Of a DNA stretch of 64,000 nt, positions 26,701 through 39,992 are shown piece by piece. The translations under genes were made by a program, and so were the position numbers. Under the pieces are notes generated by a model. It saw only the letters and a list, made by a program, of their open reading frames with translations, had not been told where the DNA came from and ran no database searches. This stretch comes from Fimbriosthenelais zetlandica (Eukaryota). The number at the start of each line of letters is the position of its first letter. Within the stretch, counting starts at the first letter, position 1. Location of the stretch: NCBI GenBank assembly GCA_977030845.1, contig OZ365110.1:21700001-21764000 (forward strand), in the 5' to 3' direction.

Positions 26701-29700
26701 AGTGTACACGACTGCAAAGGGAGGTATGCCTTAAAGCTATAGAAATAAGATGGAGAGATAAGGCAAAATAGTTGTTTCTCGAAACCAGAAAAAAGTTTGA
26801 TCGGATGTTGGGATTTTCCACTTTATCTACACATCATTATGTATTTAACATATGACAATATATAAGACAAATATATGCTGTCTGCAGCAAATATTGTTTT
26901 AATAAATTGTTAAATATGGTGTGTTTTAGAGAAAATTTATATTGGGCTTATTGGGCAGTGACGTAAGGGTGCAAGAAACGCACTTTTTCAGATTCAATGC
27001 CTATGGAGTGTTCTTGTCTTTTGAAAACCATCTGTACCCTTAAAAGCTAGAGGTGGGATATGGGCCCTTAGCCTGGATAACCATGCGTGACATGCATGCG
27101 ATATCATACCTTTCACTTCACATTTACACATAACTTAATGGTATATGTGTTTAACATTTAGATACTAGGGACTTCTCAAACCTGGCTTGGGGGTAGAAGT
27201 ATCAACTTCCTAACAGTTATTACTTGCTAATGCTCGGGTACGAGAACCTAAGGTCAGACCCCCTTTGGCTAAGGCCTTAAGATTAAACTGTACAGTTTTA
27301 AGCCTGACAAATATGTACATCCTGACTAAGGCAACTTAATCTGGCATAATGAGTGGATATGTCTCCTACTCGGTATCGTTTTACATGCACCGTTCAAGTA
27401 AATTATGCTGGGGCACCAGCTAAAGCTAAAGAATTTAACACACTTCGTAAAATACACGCATTGCTCCCAATACATCATTTTATGCTAAGGTCTATATTGT
27501 AGAAATAAGGTGATTCTTTTGAAAACAATCAAGCTCAACAAACAGTTAATATACGATAGTTTTCTGTATTTTCTAAGCTAATTTTCAATGGATCTGATAC
27601 TGACAGTATTCCATTTCTAGGGCAAAAGCATATAATATGTGCTTGCTTGATGCGTCAAGTCTTTTCTATTGTACACTGACAATCCATCATTCTTCATAAC
27701 ATAATTTATGCAGGGTCACTGAAGTGCATTTCACTAGTTTATACAGTAGAAAATGTATTATATCTGTGCGGTCTGATACCATGCATTATAGATCACTAGC
27801 TTGACTGAGATGTGTTCTACCTGGTTATGGGTATTTTTCCCGACATAACAATTAGTTGAGCATAAATCACTCTTTTTTTAACTTCGATAGTTCCTTCATG
27901 CTTTTTTCTTATAATGTAATTGCCATTCATTGGCAGCGCCATGGTGGTTGGTCATAGCATGGCAACTGTTTTCAAAGCAGACAAACCAGAAAAAGTGAGC
28001 ACTTCGTCAGGGAACTAAGTAACGACCATGTATCTCATTAGCTTTCTGGTCAACCACTGGCACTGTCGGAAGTGACTGTTTTTCAGCAGACACGATGTAT
28101 AGGCAATCAGACTATACAGGACACTGTCTATATGTTGAACGAAGTTACTATAAGTATAAACTCTGTATTTAATAGGATGATGGATGAGCATTTCTTTAAC
28201 GGACAGTCAGCAATGCCTCCTCCCTTAGACAGTGGGAAAATGACTGGCCTTTGACAGATTGTTGAGAGCTCGCAGCAATCTGCATGGAAAAGAATTTAGG
28301 CAACACATACATGCCCAATCCATTCTACACAATACATGCTATTGATTATAGAAATGTAATGAACAACTGCATCTATATGCGATGATGTGAATAAAGTGAA
28401 GCCAATCCATGAGAGCCATCACTCTAGCATGTCAAACTGATAGTATCATTTAAGATTTTACGATAGTCAACTTGGTTTGAATTGTCTATTATCTCGATCA
28501 CCATCGACTAGACTCGTCCACACCAGTGAGAGATCAGTCACATTATATGATTAATATCCACAGGTGTGGCTTTGTAATAACAGGGAAAAGACAGACTAAG
28601 TCTGAAATTGTCTCATATGGGCAATTTGGTATCCATAACAGGGACAAGACAGGGATGATGGCAATAACTCGTCCACCACAGATGTCATTTTATAAGGTAT
28701 CGATGCTGTACCAGAGGGCCAAAAACGGTAGTCTAAAAGGGCGGCACATCTCTAGAAACCAAAACTCCACCCCGCCCCCGGGATTCAAATAATACCCCCT
28801 CCCAGTCTGCACAAAATGTTCCTTGTATAACCCTTGAGTACTGGGTAAAACTGGCACACGATGTAAAATAATATTAAAAGGCATCCAGCAGAATGTTCAA
28901 ACTGAGTCAGACGAGCGGTGCTATACTATAGAGAAAGGGAGCTTTGAAGCTTGTTGAATAGACACCCAGGTCATGGCTGGCCTGTGAGCTGTGACTCGAC
29001 AACCATTAGACATGTACTATCGACCATCTTGAACCGTCAGTGTGCTCTATGCTACATAGTTCCCAACTTACTTGAAATAGATAAGTAAGAAAAGGGCATA
29101 TATAATACATCTAGTTCCCACGGGCCTGTTCACTGTCCTTTTAATTGAATCCGTCCATAGTTTAAAATATGTCTGAATAGACTTGCACATTTGATTATTT
29201 TATAGCTGAAAATACAATATAGGATCTCTCACTCATTTGAGAGAGAAACGGACCTCGAGCCCTACAGGTCAATGGAGCAGAGCCTGAATTAAGGGCGTGA
29301 CTGCTATAATAAATCAAGGGGGGCCAGCACATGCCATTGACATAATAAATGACATGGTATACACCTTGATCATGTATGAAGGTGTAAGGTACAGAGGCCA
29401 GGGGTGGACAGCATGTACCACACGTGCATGTCAGTCTACACTGGCCATGTACACTGCAGGGTACCAGTAGTACCTCCCCTCTGTGTAGACTGGGAGTGAA
29501 CAATTGAACTCATGGTCACCTTTCAAACGCACCTACCATGCTAGCCATATTGTTCATTTGATTTTGGTAGTTTAAGTGCTGCTTCAAATATACTCCAGTA
29601 AGATACAGAAAAATGTGTCCGTTTTCCTCTAAATTTTGCAGATGTTTTTTTCAAAGTACTATATTGAGAAAATTAATTTAATTATAAACAGCATGTGCCC

Positions 29701-32700
29701 TTGGGGTAGGTCAAGGGATATACATATTGAGAATAGGATTTCCAAGCATTGCTTTAAAACTGCAAAAATGCAGGCCACACTGTTTGATTCCGATTTCCAC
29801 TGCAAAAACCAGGACATTAATTTGGAATATTGACTGACCCCTTGTTCATTGAAGTATGTCTGGGGGAAACCAGAAATACGCGTGGTGAAAGGGTGATAGG
29901 GCTATAACCGTCAGCAAAAACGTGACCAAGTAGCCATGGGTCATTGTAATGGTAGTTCCTGGTCGGAAGGGCAATACTATTGTCCCCCGACCCCCAACTT
30001 TTCCTGGATACCTCGAGTCGTGCAGTAAACACCTGGGTACACGTAACACAGGCCGGGCAAATACACCCACTTGTTTCAATGACGTCTGTTTAAAGATTCC
30101 AGGATGATGCAGGGTACAGGCAGGTACAGCCAAGCATACGTGGATGTGTGTACATGAATGAATGTATACAGTATGTATGAATCATTGAATTAATTATAAT
30201 TATAGTAGGTCTGTAATCGCAAGACATTTTTTTTCAGAATTGAATCTTGTGCCATATAATGATATATATGTATGTCACAAAATTAGATGGGAGTAGATAT
30301 GCACAGTTGAAAAGACACAGTGCCCAGACAAGGCACGGTATAATATATTCAAGCAGTCAACACATTAATTAACAGATCATGACTTGAAACGGTTGATAAC
30401 TTAAACCCTAATAGATCTTATCAAAGAAACAAATCTGGATTAACAGTATCTCACATACATCTAACACACCACTAACTCAATACCCGAAGAGATAATTAAA
30501 AGTTAATTTGGTTGCATTATTAAAATTTATATTCCACACATTTATAATGAAAACCGACATTTTGGTCAATTATTTTGGCAAAAAGGTGTGCAATACACGT
30601 AACGTAATAATTAGGAATCTACCACAGTAGTATAGTTGTATATATAGGCGTGGTCGAGTTAATTGAGTACATTAGGTGACATTAGAAGGCTGTAATGATA
30701 ATAGGGCGGTTTTCACAGCAGGAAAATGAAGACAATAATAGTACGTCATAAAGGTTCATGACAGCTTTGATTAATGTGAGAATACCAAATGACTATAGGA
30801 AGACAGAAAGACCTCAAATTGTATTCAGGAAGATTTCTCTTTTGAAAAATGGGTTAAAATAGGATATTTAAATAGGAACACGTCCCCTTAATTTCCCCCC
30901 AAAAGTAACCACAACTATTTAAGCTACATCCTTGACAAACTGTGCTTGCCTCTTTATCAAAATCATCTAATCCCTTTGCAATCCTGTGGTTCCGTAGGCC
31001 AACAATATTTTTCTCTATAATATACGATGTATCATTGAAAAGATTTCTTAGTACCTTCTGAAGGCAAGCAAAAGTCAATTATATAATTTTGTAATGACTC
31101 AATGCATTTTTCTACATGAAGCAAGCTGGTAAATCCTATTCAGTTTTCCAAAGAATATCAACATTTTCATTTACATGTAGGTGGTGCATGGGAACTACTT
31201 TAGGGGGCTACTTTGATGCAATATTGCACAAATCTAAGATTGATCAGACCTCCCATCTTAAACTATTTATAAATGACATTTTATGCTACAAGTACACAGC
31301 CCTGCACCAGATGATACCACCAAGACAAGCTGTTACCCTGAAAGGACAATATAGATGAGTGGAGTCATGATGACTGTGAGTTATACCTCACTGAATGTGG
31401 GAGTCCAGCCGACTGTGGACTCAGATGTTTCTGGGAAATGAACAGCATGTGATCAGCAGCATGGAGATGAATGAGCTGAGAGGGACATATGCTACAGTTA
31501 GTGGAGGTTAGTTTATGAGTAAACAATAGATAGGCAGGCCTCACTATGTTGTGTCATCATCATTAGCATCATCCCCTGGACGGTTTAAATGAGAACACAT
31601 GTGGATTGGCTTTTCAAGCGAGACATGAGTAGGAACAGAAGTTGTACAAATGCAACATTATCAGGCAAGATTATTGCTTTGATAATGCAATGTGTTTAAC
31701 TGTGCAATGTGCATCATGACTTAGATAATTCGAGCGTTATGCAATGATATGTATACTGTATTAGTTTAATTAATACATTTTTATGACTCAATGAATAAAA
31801 TATTTTGTATTGCATGTCATGCACGCGACCTAATCAATGTCAAAGCTTCCATTCATTCGGTTTCCAACATCAGCTATTCAGGAAAATCGCCAGAGAAAAT
31901 CCCTTAATATTCCTATATATTCTGGAAAGAAGAAATGTAGGCAAGCACACTTCTCTCGGAGGGTTTTTCATCACAGGTTACTGGTAGGCTTTGGCTTTGC
32001 AGTGCAGTGAAAGAGTGTCGACACTTTGGTGCAGTAAATAGATATCCCATAATCCAGCATCTACAGGTAATGGACTAATGGGCTTACATTTAACCCTGGT
32101 CGTGATTAGAGGGTAGATTTATCTTGAATACAGATTTGATTTACAGTGAATGGACCTACCCCACGTTCTACCGTGGGTTAAATCTGTCTGAGCAGTGTCT
32201 TTTCAGTCTCCTGTCACGGCATGACAGGACAAAAGTGTATAAAACCAGAGAGAGGGGTTCAGTATTCTATACAGAAAGACTTACATTATGCCCATATAAC
32301 ACTCCCGGATAACACTATAATGATACATGTAGGCCTATAGGTCCATAGGTCCTCCTTATAGTTAAACATTTTAAATTTTGTCTTAGGGCAAAAGACATAG
32401 GTTGCAGGCTTCAAAAAGAGCTGCTATAGTAGTTTCCATTAAGATTTACCCACAATTTGGCAATCAATTATTTTTGTTTGCATTATCAAAATGTTCTGAC
32501 CAGCTTTAACAGTTGCTTAGCCATCCAGGGTTAAATGGAAGGCTAAATTATGTGATGAATGGGAGAAGAAATGACCAAGTTATGGCAAAATCGACTTAGT
32601 GCATCTCAACTATTTTTCAGCGCATGTATATCGCTAATCATTCTACATTGCCAAACCACCAAGCAATGGTAAAAACCTGTCTAGCCACTCAAGATATTTC

Positions 32701-35700
32701 CCCCACAGTCACAATATAATCCGATTAAAATGTGCCAAATACCATTGAGAAAGAGAGAGGAGACGTCGCATTAATGAGCATTGCATAGCTAGGTCTTCTA
32801 CATCAAAGTATCTTCACAAGCCAGGCATTTGATCTCACAGATAAATACTAGGAGTTGCCAAGGTTTCATGTTTTGCATAATTGGACGCTGAGCGATATCC
32901 ACAAATGTTAGATCTCATGAGTCTTAAGGAGTCATGAATAATTGATTGCTGGCCTGGAAACTGACTTATAATCAGGATCTGACTCGGTTAGTCTCCAATA
33001 AATCTATACACGTGAAAGATCCAAGTATATTACACGTGAAAGATCCAAGTATATGAGTCAGTAATCCCTCTAGTGTTAAGCATACACAGCCAGTTTTGAT
33101 ACAGACATATAATAAAACTGGGGGTCTAATGTGAGGGAAGCACGCGAAACAATGCCCCCAGGTATGTGCCTTAATAAGCTGTATAATCGTAAGCTACGCA
33201 TTCCAACACAGTAGGTTTTATCCCCAAAAGTGGCTTGAGTTAATATAAATTTCAAGACTCTATACAAGTGGGAACAGAAGTCAACGAGGTTAATCATGTC
33301 TTCCTTATAAATGCAAGAACTATTTATCATAAGTATACAGTTATATCCAAGAAGTGAAACCCCGAGTCATATACAGACCAATATATTTGATCATATTTCA
33401 ATATTAATTTTGAAACATATTTGTATGCTTTACCTATAGGTTTGATCTTTCGTTTTCCCAACATTTCCATATTTCAGGCAATATAGCAAACACACTGAAA
33501 CGGTACAGACAACCGATACATATATACAACAAAAGGCTGGTGATCCACAATAACTCAATGTATCATAATTTGACATGGAAGGGTTCACATCCCAATTAAT
33601 CCAAATAATTAGTGCCTCCCAGGTGTCAAATACTCCATAATAAATGTACATAATGAAGGTTAATATAATTAGGAGGATATTATTGGGTGTAATTATTGGA
33701 CTTCATGGAATCGGCACGAACATTCGGAGTCATTTCTTAAAACTTAAAAGCCCGTGGAGCTCACATGGGTATGCCAAACGGCAACAGGTCACATCAGTCA
33801 TATAGACCCATAAAATGGCGATCAATAAAGTGACTATCAAAACATCAGCTTCATTATGATGCCGACTGACCCACAAAGCTTCACAAGGTTTTAGGAAAAG
33901 CACACATTAAGGTCAGATGACTGGCCCCTCATCATCAGTCGCATCACCTGATGATAGTCATCATGATGTGGGGAGAGATGGCAAGGATGGTGATGGGTGG
34001 AAAGTTTGTCTATAATGCTGACTTCTCAATCAATATACGGTCAGCTGTAAACCTCTGACTAGGCCACGTCCATGTCTGACTCACACAAAAAAATCCCTTC
34101 AACTTTTAACCCTTTAGCGATTTGGTCCTTTGCTTTGTTGTTCCAATAATATAAGGGATTCAAATTCGATGTCGGATGGCAGTGGACAATTTTGTGTTTC
34201 TAAATCAATGTGTCAGCAAGGAAAAATATTTGCCTCACCGGTGTTTATCTATAGGCTGGCTTGGTATAATTTTTCGGTATTTTAAATGTTAACTAAATTA
34301 TCTTAATGCCTTTAGGCGTGTCCATTATACTCAATAGGTTAAAAAAAAATCAAATAATTACTGGGTACTTGTCCAATATGGGAACTTTTCATGAAGCGAA
34401 ATTAACCCAATCTAAATAGTACTTCAGAGCACATGAATTTTTAACCAATGTATCTCATGAATATAGGGACTTCTCCGTCAGATTGGTGCTCTCTGCTCAG
34501 ACATATTTGATATTGTATCAACATAAGGGCACCAGCCTACCAGGTTCATTATTTCTTCTCACCTTGCATTAACCAATTGAGGAAAATACAGGCATATGTA
34601 TGCTTTTGACAATATTTCAATAGGGTTCAGTCAAGTCCATTTGCTATGTTGACCGGGTACGTTCTAGACCGGGTCATTGGTGCATGCATATTTGAACAAG
34701 GGTTTAATCAATAAATCATTCTCATGCTATTGATACCAACAATAGATAATTAGAGGTACTCTTGTGGGCATCTGCCAACAGATTAATCATATATACCTTG
34801 AAAATGTATGGAGTATCCAAGGAAAGAGGATCTACCCCAGTTCATCCTTTACATAATTATTACTTTTTTTGCCCTACAAATTTGGCAGTTCTGAGCTATG
34901 TGCAACACTCCCGATCTCATCAGTTATGTTACTAAAAGTGTTTTGGATTTTCAGGGTTGCTGCCATAAATTGACAAAAATATCCCAGTAATACCTTGGCT
35001 CGTGTTGGGGGGATCTTGTCGATCTTGCATAATAAAGGTCATGCTTTTTCCAAGTAAGTATAATACGTCTAAGCTATTACTTGAGGCTTTGTAATGACAA
35101 GAGGGAGTGTTTGTACATGAAGGGGCAGTGTATATTTGTGTACTATATATGGTAAAGAACGACTACAAGGAGAGTGGTGAGATCAGTCATGCGTGAACAA
35201 GAGCCTGTTCCTTGACATGGCTTTATAAGGATCATGTAAGGTTGTCATGGAGAGAGAGAGGTATACACCGGAAACCATGGCTAAACAATTTCTTCGGGAC
35301 ATTCAGGCTTGTGGAATGTATGGCGGATATTGGGACATACCTTCAACCTATGACAACTTAAAACAAAAATTTCGCCTTTAACCTGTAGACAGGCTATGAC
35401 CAAGTCGAGAAGATTCCCAACTTTGGTTGATCCATTATATGAGTGATTAACCTATTACCTGTTTAGATCATATTCAGCTCGGTTTCAATTGCAAGCTCTG
35501 AATATGAATCATCATAACACCATTTGGGTTTGGAATGGACCTAATAATTAGCCAAAGAGGGTTTAAACAATTCGAGCTTTGAGTTGTTATAAAATCTATG
35601 GCCACGTGCATCTAATTTATTGGGGGCATTTATCCATGGAAATACACAAACATATTAGTACTTTTAGTTTGGGGTGAGAACTTATATCTTAAAGGAGTTA

Positions 35701-36229
35701 ATTCTTAGTTGATTTTTTATTATTTGGGGGAAGAAATACTCACCACATAAGCTGGAAAGTGATGTTTTGCGTTTGTTTGCTTGTACTTCATTTGAAACTG
35801 GTTCTGAGCTGAGACAGGTTGCATGATGTGCATGGCGCTCATATCTATCTGAGGAGCCCTGCCTCTCAACATGTCGTTGGCCCTTCCATGAGCCTTGGGG
35901 GCCATGAGGGCATTCTTGATGCCCACGGCATTGGCATCCACTCCAGCAGACATCACCTTGGCGACGTGCTGTCCACAGTATACTTCCTTGTCCCGAACAT
36001 CCGTGCCATTGGTAAAGTATGTTTTCATCGTCAAATGCTGTCGACATTGCACACATTTGAAACACGATTTGTGGAAGATGACATTGTTGACGGGGCCGAG
36101 TTTTTCGGCGTAGTACACCTTGTCGCCACATCGTTGGCAGGTATCGATGACTGACTGTGGAGGTGATTGGAAAAGACTGCTAAGACTGGACGGCATTGCC
36201 GTCAAGTTGGCTGTTTCAGTGGCCGCCAT
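8707..36229 (-). CDS. hil: Hillarin-like protein: N-terminal LIM domain, coiled coil, transglutaminase-like (KY/hillarin) domain and C-terminal beta-repeat region; 968 aa
   Basis: Ten exons with GT-AG sites and matching phases: 36229-35744, 16681-16448, 16146-15934, 12952-12773, 12629-12547, 12424-12281, 11819-11664, 10896-10608, 10117-9827, 9537-8707 (2907 nt, divisible by 3). Motifs: LIM CQRC...FHKSCFKCVQC...YCGQH; ARAIFRWITVKDLN; LFMRLCSYAGL; TWNAVLIDGDW..QCNWGARHL; YDEHYFLTDPDEFI; LAHACKYLL. Confidence 0.93.
14900..15020 (+). repeat. GA-rich polypurine low-complexity tract
   Basis: Run of gagagggg/ggaggag-type units; produces a spurious S/P/L-rich ORF on the minus strand. Confidence 0.85.
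18050..18228. mobile_element. ~180-bp foldback/MITE with ~45-bp imperfect inverted repeats
   Basis: gtggatcacagacattgggggcattgcataatcccgcgagcactcg (18051-18096) is the reverse complement, with a few mismatches, of cgagtgctcgcagtattatgcaactccccaatgtcagtgatccac (18183-18227). Confidence 0.7.
20722..20855. promoter_or_regulatory. Candidate intronic enhancer: ETS/AP-1 composite plus kB-like sites
   Basis: GGAAGTGAGTCA at 20722-20733; GGAAAGCCCC at 20748-20757 (GGGGCTTTCC on minus); GGGGAAGCCC at 20811-20820; CACTTCCT at 20848-20855. Confidence 0.35.
25270..25465 (+). repeat. GA-rich polypurine low-complexity tract
   Basis: Nearly pure purine stretch (ggagggagaagggg...). Confidence 0.85.
33007..33054. 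repeat. Perfect 24-bp tandem duplication
   Basis: tacacgtgaaagatccaagtatat x2. Confidence 0.95.
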
Positions 36230-38826
36230 GTTCCGTCTGTAAGTTAGGGTGTGTCGTTTTGGGCCACACTCTGGTACTCCTACACTACCATACAACTCCC
36301 CAACACCTGGTCTTCCCACACCGCCAGAGAGATAGATATGTCAATATATGTCAGTGAAAAAACTTCACAGGTGGTCATCAAATGTTCAATATCCTCACTG
36401 TTCTATCCAGATAGAGGTGCCCCTTTCAGCAATGGTAGAAGAAGGGGGTGTGATTGTCTCTCTAGGTCCAGGTACTCCTCTGCTTTCTATGCGTGGTGAT
36501 CACTGAAGACTGAAATGTGGGCATGTGTGAGTGAGTCAGGCTATGGTGGAGGTGGAGAGAAGCAGTCCCAACTAGGCCGCCTGCTTGCCTGCCTACCTCT
36601 ACCTACCTGTGTAAGGTAGACCGACCTGGTAGTCTCGCTTCACTGCGCAGCAAGCATCACTATCACACGACCATGTTGGGAAGCATTCCCTTACAGGTAG
36701 ACATGACCGTGGGATTCTCTATCTCTCCTGATCTCTACCTTGTATATTATATAGACTGTGACCTCTCCCTCCTCTTATATAGACAAAATGCAGCCCAAAA
36801 ATGTCATATCATTTCAGGCGGTTACAAAAACTATCAAGTTTGCCCAGGTTTTTAAAGGTTTTCCCAACAATAGAGTGAGTTTTTGGAGATCGTGCAGGAC
36901 TCCTGAGGTATGATGCTATTTATAGATCTCTCCCCAACCGAGGGCCTCAATTACTTGTGGCGTTAACACAAGTGTTTGGGTTATTTTCGTAAAAACGAAA
37001 GTATTTAGTCACCTGCGATGGAAGCTTCTCCGCGTCCCATCAACACTGTTTATGGCTACAACACTGACTTGATGAAAGTCCAGACACATTCATATTTTTT
37101 CTTGATTAATTGTGGGGAAAACCACAGCTGATGGTACATAATAGGCTATTGATCGAGCGAGGGATAATGCAGTGCAGTCTCGCCTTCCAAAGATAACCTC
37201 GTCTGCTGCAAGTTCGAGGGGAAAATAGGAGCGTTACACGTGCATGTGAAGCAGTAATATAATGTTGAAATTGTCAAAATATTCCTGATAAAAATCCGGG
37301 GATAAAACCACTGCCATGCAACCAGGTAAATTGTTCTGTTTTATGATGTTCCAACTCACATTTCCTGGATTATTGATTATATCATTTTAGGGGAAAAAGT
37401 CCTTTTATTCGATCCTGGGTGAACTTTCCCCTGTTTCCAGTGTGCGAAAAATAGAGTTGCCTTATAGATAGTGGTTGAAATCCATTTATAACTTTTATCT
37501 CCTGTTTCTTGATGAAGTGATAGAGATGAAGAATGGTTAAGTAAATCCTGTATAATTCAACACGTTGTATTTATAGGTTCAGGGATAGGAGGACCGGGGA
37601 CAGAGGAGTTAAAACCCTGTCATTTCCTATTGATGTGTGTCCTGGGAGGAAATGACTTTATCCTATTGATACAATGACCGGCTTCCGATATCCTTAAACT
37701 ATTATGTCATCCTCTTTCTATGTGGTTACAGACTGTTATATATGCTGCAACCAAACGGAAAAGTTACTTGTTAACTTCTGAACAGGATTTAGGCTGGTGA
37801 TAATAGTCCCGAAATCCAGTTACGATGTGAGGTGAAGTCTCCAATGAGGTACTTCTTTGATGGGTACAGTCATGTTTTTCTTCCAATCATTCATAAAATT
37901 GTATAAATTATGATTATTTGGATATTATTGTTTTCTTTTGATTGGGTGCAGGTCGAAGGTTAAAGGTTTTCGTCATCCTCGTGATCTGCAATATCCGGCT
38001 TCACTTTTGTCTTCTCATGGTTTGGAGGTCTTTATTCTTAATTGAGGTTCATGTTTCAATTGAGCCGTAATATATCTTCTGCGTTACACCACCTTGAGTC
38101 ATCCTCTTAAAATAAAATGGAAAAAAATATATGAATGTATTTAATTGAATTTAAAATATGCCCTGAAATAATAATTAAACATACAATGAATTAAAAGCAT
38201 GATGATGAGTGTATCAGATATTACATATTAAATATATAAATGTTATTTAAGGGATACTGAATCATGCATAAAATAATATACCGAGGCAAAGGCTAGCTGG
38301 GACAAACAAACTGCTCTCATGCACTGCCATGACATAACTCCGGAAAAGGGTTAGTCGCTTCCGCTAGACCAAGAAAATACCAGATCTAGGAGAGTTAAAA
38401 CGTTGGTATGATAAAGAGGAAAACATCAACACAGTATTGTAAAATAAGAGACCCATCCCAAGAAGTTCAAAATAGACATGACAGGGAACAATGTTTCCGG
38501 GGGCATACCAATGCTTAAAAGTCACGAGTTTTGCTTGAAAATCCTGGCAATATTATAAAATTTATATCCTGGAACAGCTAATCAAGACGATTACATTATA
38601 AGATATATTGATCCGGGATAAAATGGAATTTGTATTAAATATTTTGAGCCGAAATATTCCAATATTTAAATATATTGGAAATCTCCCATGCTTGGAAAGT
38701 AGTTCCCTCTGGTGTTTTTCCTGTCATATTATTTGGTCCTTGAAAACTAGAGGATCTAATTCACAATAGATGGCAGTACTATTGATTGAATAGCCGTGGA
38801 TGCTCTGTGCTTCCAAGCACTTATTA

Positions 38827-39029
38827 GACCTGGCTGGAGCCCAGTGCTGCCATGAGTGGCCAAACTGAGAACTGAAAGTTGAAACTCTCGTGGAGCCCAA
38901 TGCTGCCATGAGTGGCTATAATATGAACCTCAATTACCACAAATATAATCACCTCTTCAAATTTATATCATATTCCCGCATTCAGTTCTCAGTTTAGCCA
39001 CTCATGGCAGTAGGGGCTCCAGCCTGGTC
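38827..39029. mobile_element. ~200-bp foldback/MITE with ~45-bp inverted repeats and a third internal copy of the repeat
   Basis: ggctggagcccagtgctgccatgagtggccaaactgagaactg (38832-38874) versus cagttctcagtttagccactcatggcagtaggggctccagcc (38983-39024); partial direct copy near 38892-38918. Confidence 0.7.
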
Positions 39030-39396
39030 CCCTATATGTAATTTACTGTATGTAGACGAGTCCGCAATAAAGTTTTTCCATTCATTCATTCATTACTTGG
39101 CCGCCTGGGACATTGCACATGGACTTTAGTAGAGTGTATAATACATTGTATGCTAATTTGCAACCCTATTATATATCATAATACATGTTCTATACCACAC
39201 ACATAATTAATAAAAGCTTTACTCATCAAGCTGTGAAATATCACAATTATAAGTACCTTTTCACTGTAATTGTTGACACCTTATTTCATAGAATGTGCTG
39301 TTAAATAGAGCCATGTCGCGCTCATGCAAAATTCTCACCTTTGATGCCCCCTAGCGCGTGTTTCACACGCGACATGACCAACTCGTGAGGGCGCGT

Positions 39397-39551
39397 GAAC
39401 GACTCATCGCCAGTCATATTAGGCGCACCGACCGACTCACCACCTACTAGAACGACTCAACAGCCCGCCTTTAGTCGCCAACTGACCGACTCAACAACTA
39501 CTGAGCTGGTCATGGGACTTGATGAGTCGGTCAACCTCTCACCTTAAATAG
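39397..39551 (+). promoter_or_regulatory. Compact promoter: five GAMCGACTCA motifs followed by a TATA-like TTAAATAG
   Basis: Motif at 39397, 39430, 39450, 39484 (forward) and 39523 (reverse); TTAAATAG at 39544-39551; Inr-like acattcact ~27 bp downstream; ATG at 39650. Confidence 0.55.
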
Positions 39552-39649
39552 GTGGCGACACTGACATCCTGACATTCACTGCTCGAACTTTGAGAAGCGA
39601 CCATCACTCACCACAACCTGACACCACCTTCCTACACTCAGCAATTGAC

Positions 39650-39992
39650 ATGGCCAACACCCAGATGTTTGACGAATCTTACTACAAGGACGAGATGTCT
39701 GGCTGGCAGAATCGTTATCAGAAATCCAGTCTACATGGATCAACTATCGGCCGCCATTACTGCTCTGCGCGTCCGTTTCCAGAGGGCGCACCATGACGGC
39801 AATAAGGCCTTCTGGTATAACATCCACATCAAACTGATGACGTTGGAGGGCGTTCTTAATGCCGTCATCGAGTATGGTAACGTCTGCATTGATGAAATGC
39901 ATCGTATACGCATCTACCAGAACCTCTATGCTGTCGAATCAGATATGCGGAGACGACATATGGCTGAGTCAGACATCAATCAGAGTGACTGA
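39650..39992 (+). CDS. Orphan intronless helical mini-gene, apparently frameshifted (ORF1 39650-39796, ORF2 39735-39992 of 85 aa)
   Basis: Promoter upstream; AATAAA at 40113; ORF2 is MDQLSAAITALRVRFQRAHHDGNKAFWYNIHIKLMTLEGVLNAVIEYGNVCIDEMHRIRIYQNLYAVESD..., amphipathic and locally GC-richer than the flanks. Confidence 0.5.

Noticed and set aside
35682-36154. Overlapping ORFs in other frames and on the plus strand at the LIM exon
   Set aside because: Shadow ORFs of the GC-richer real exon; the same applies at 9862-10907.
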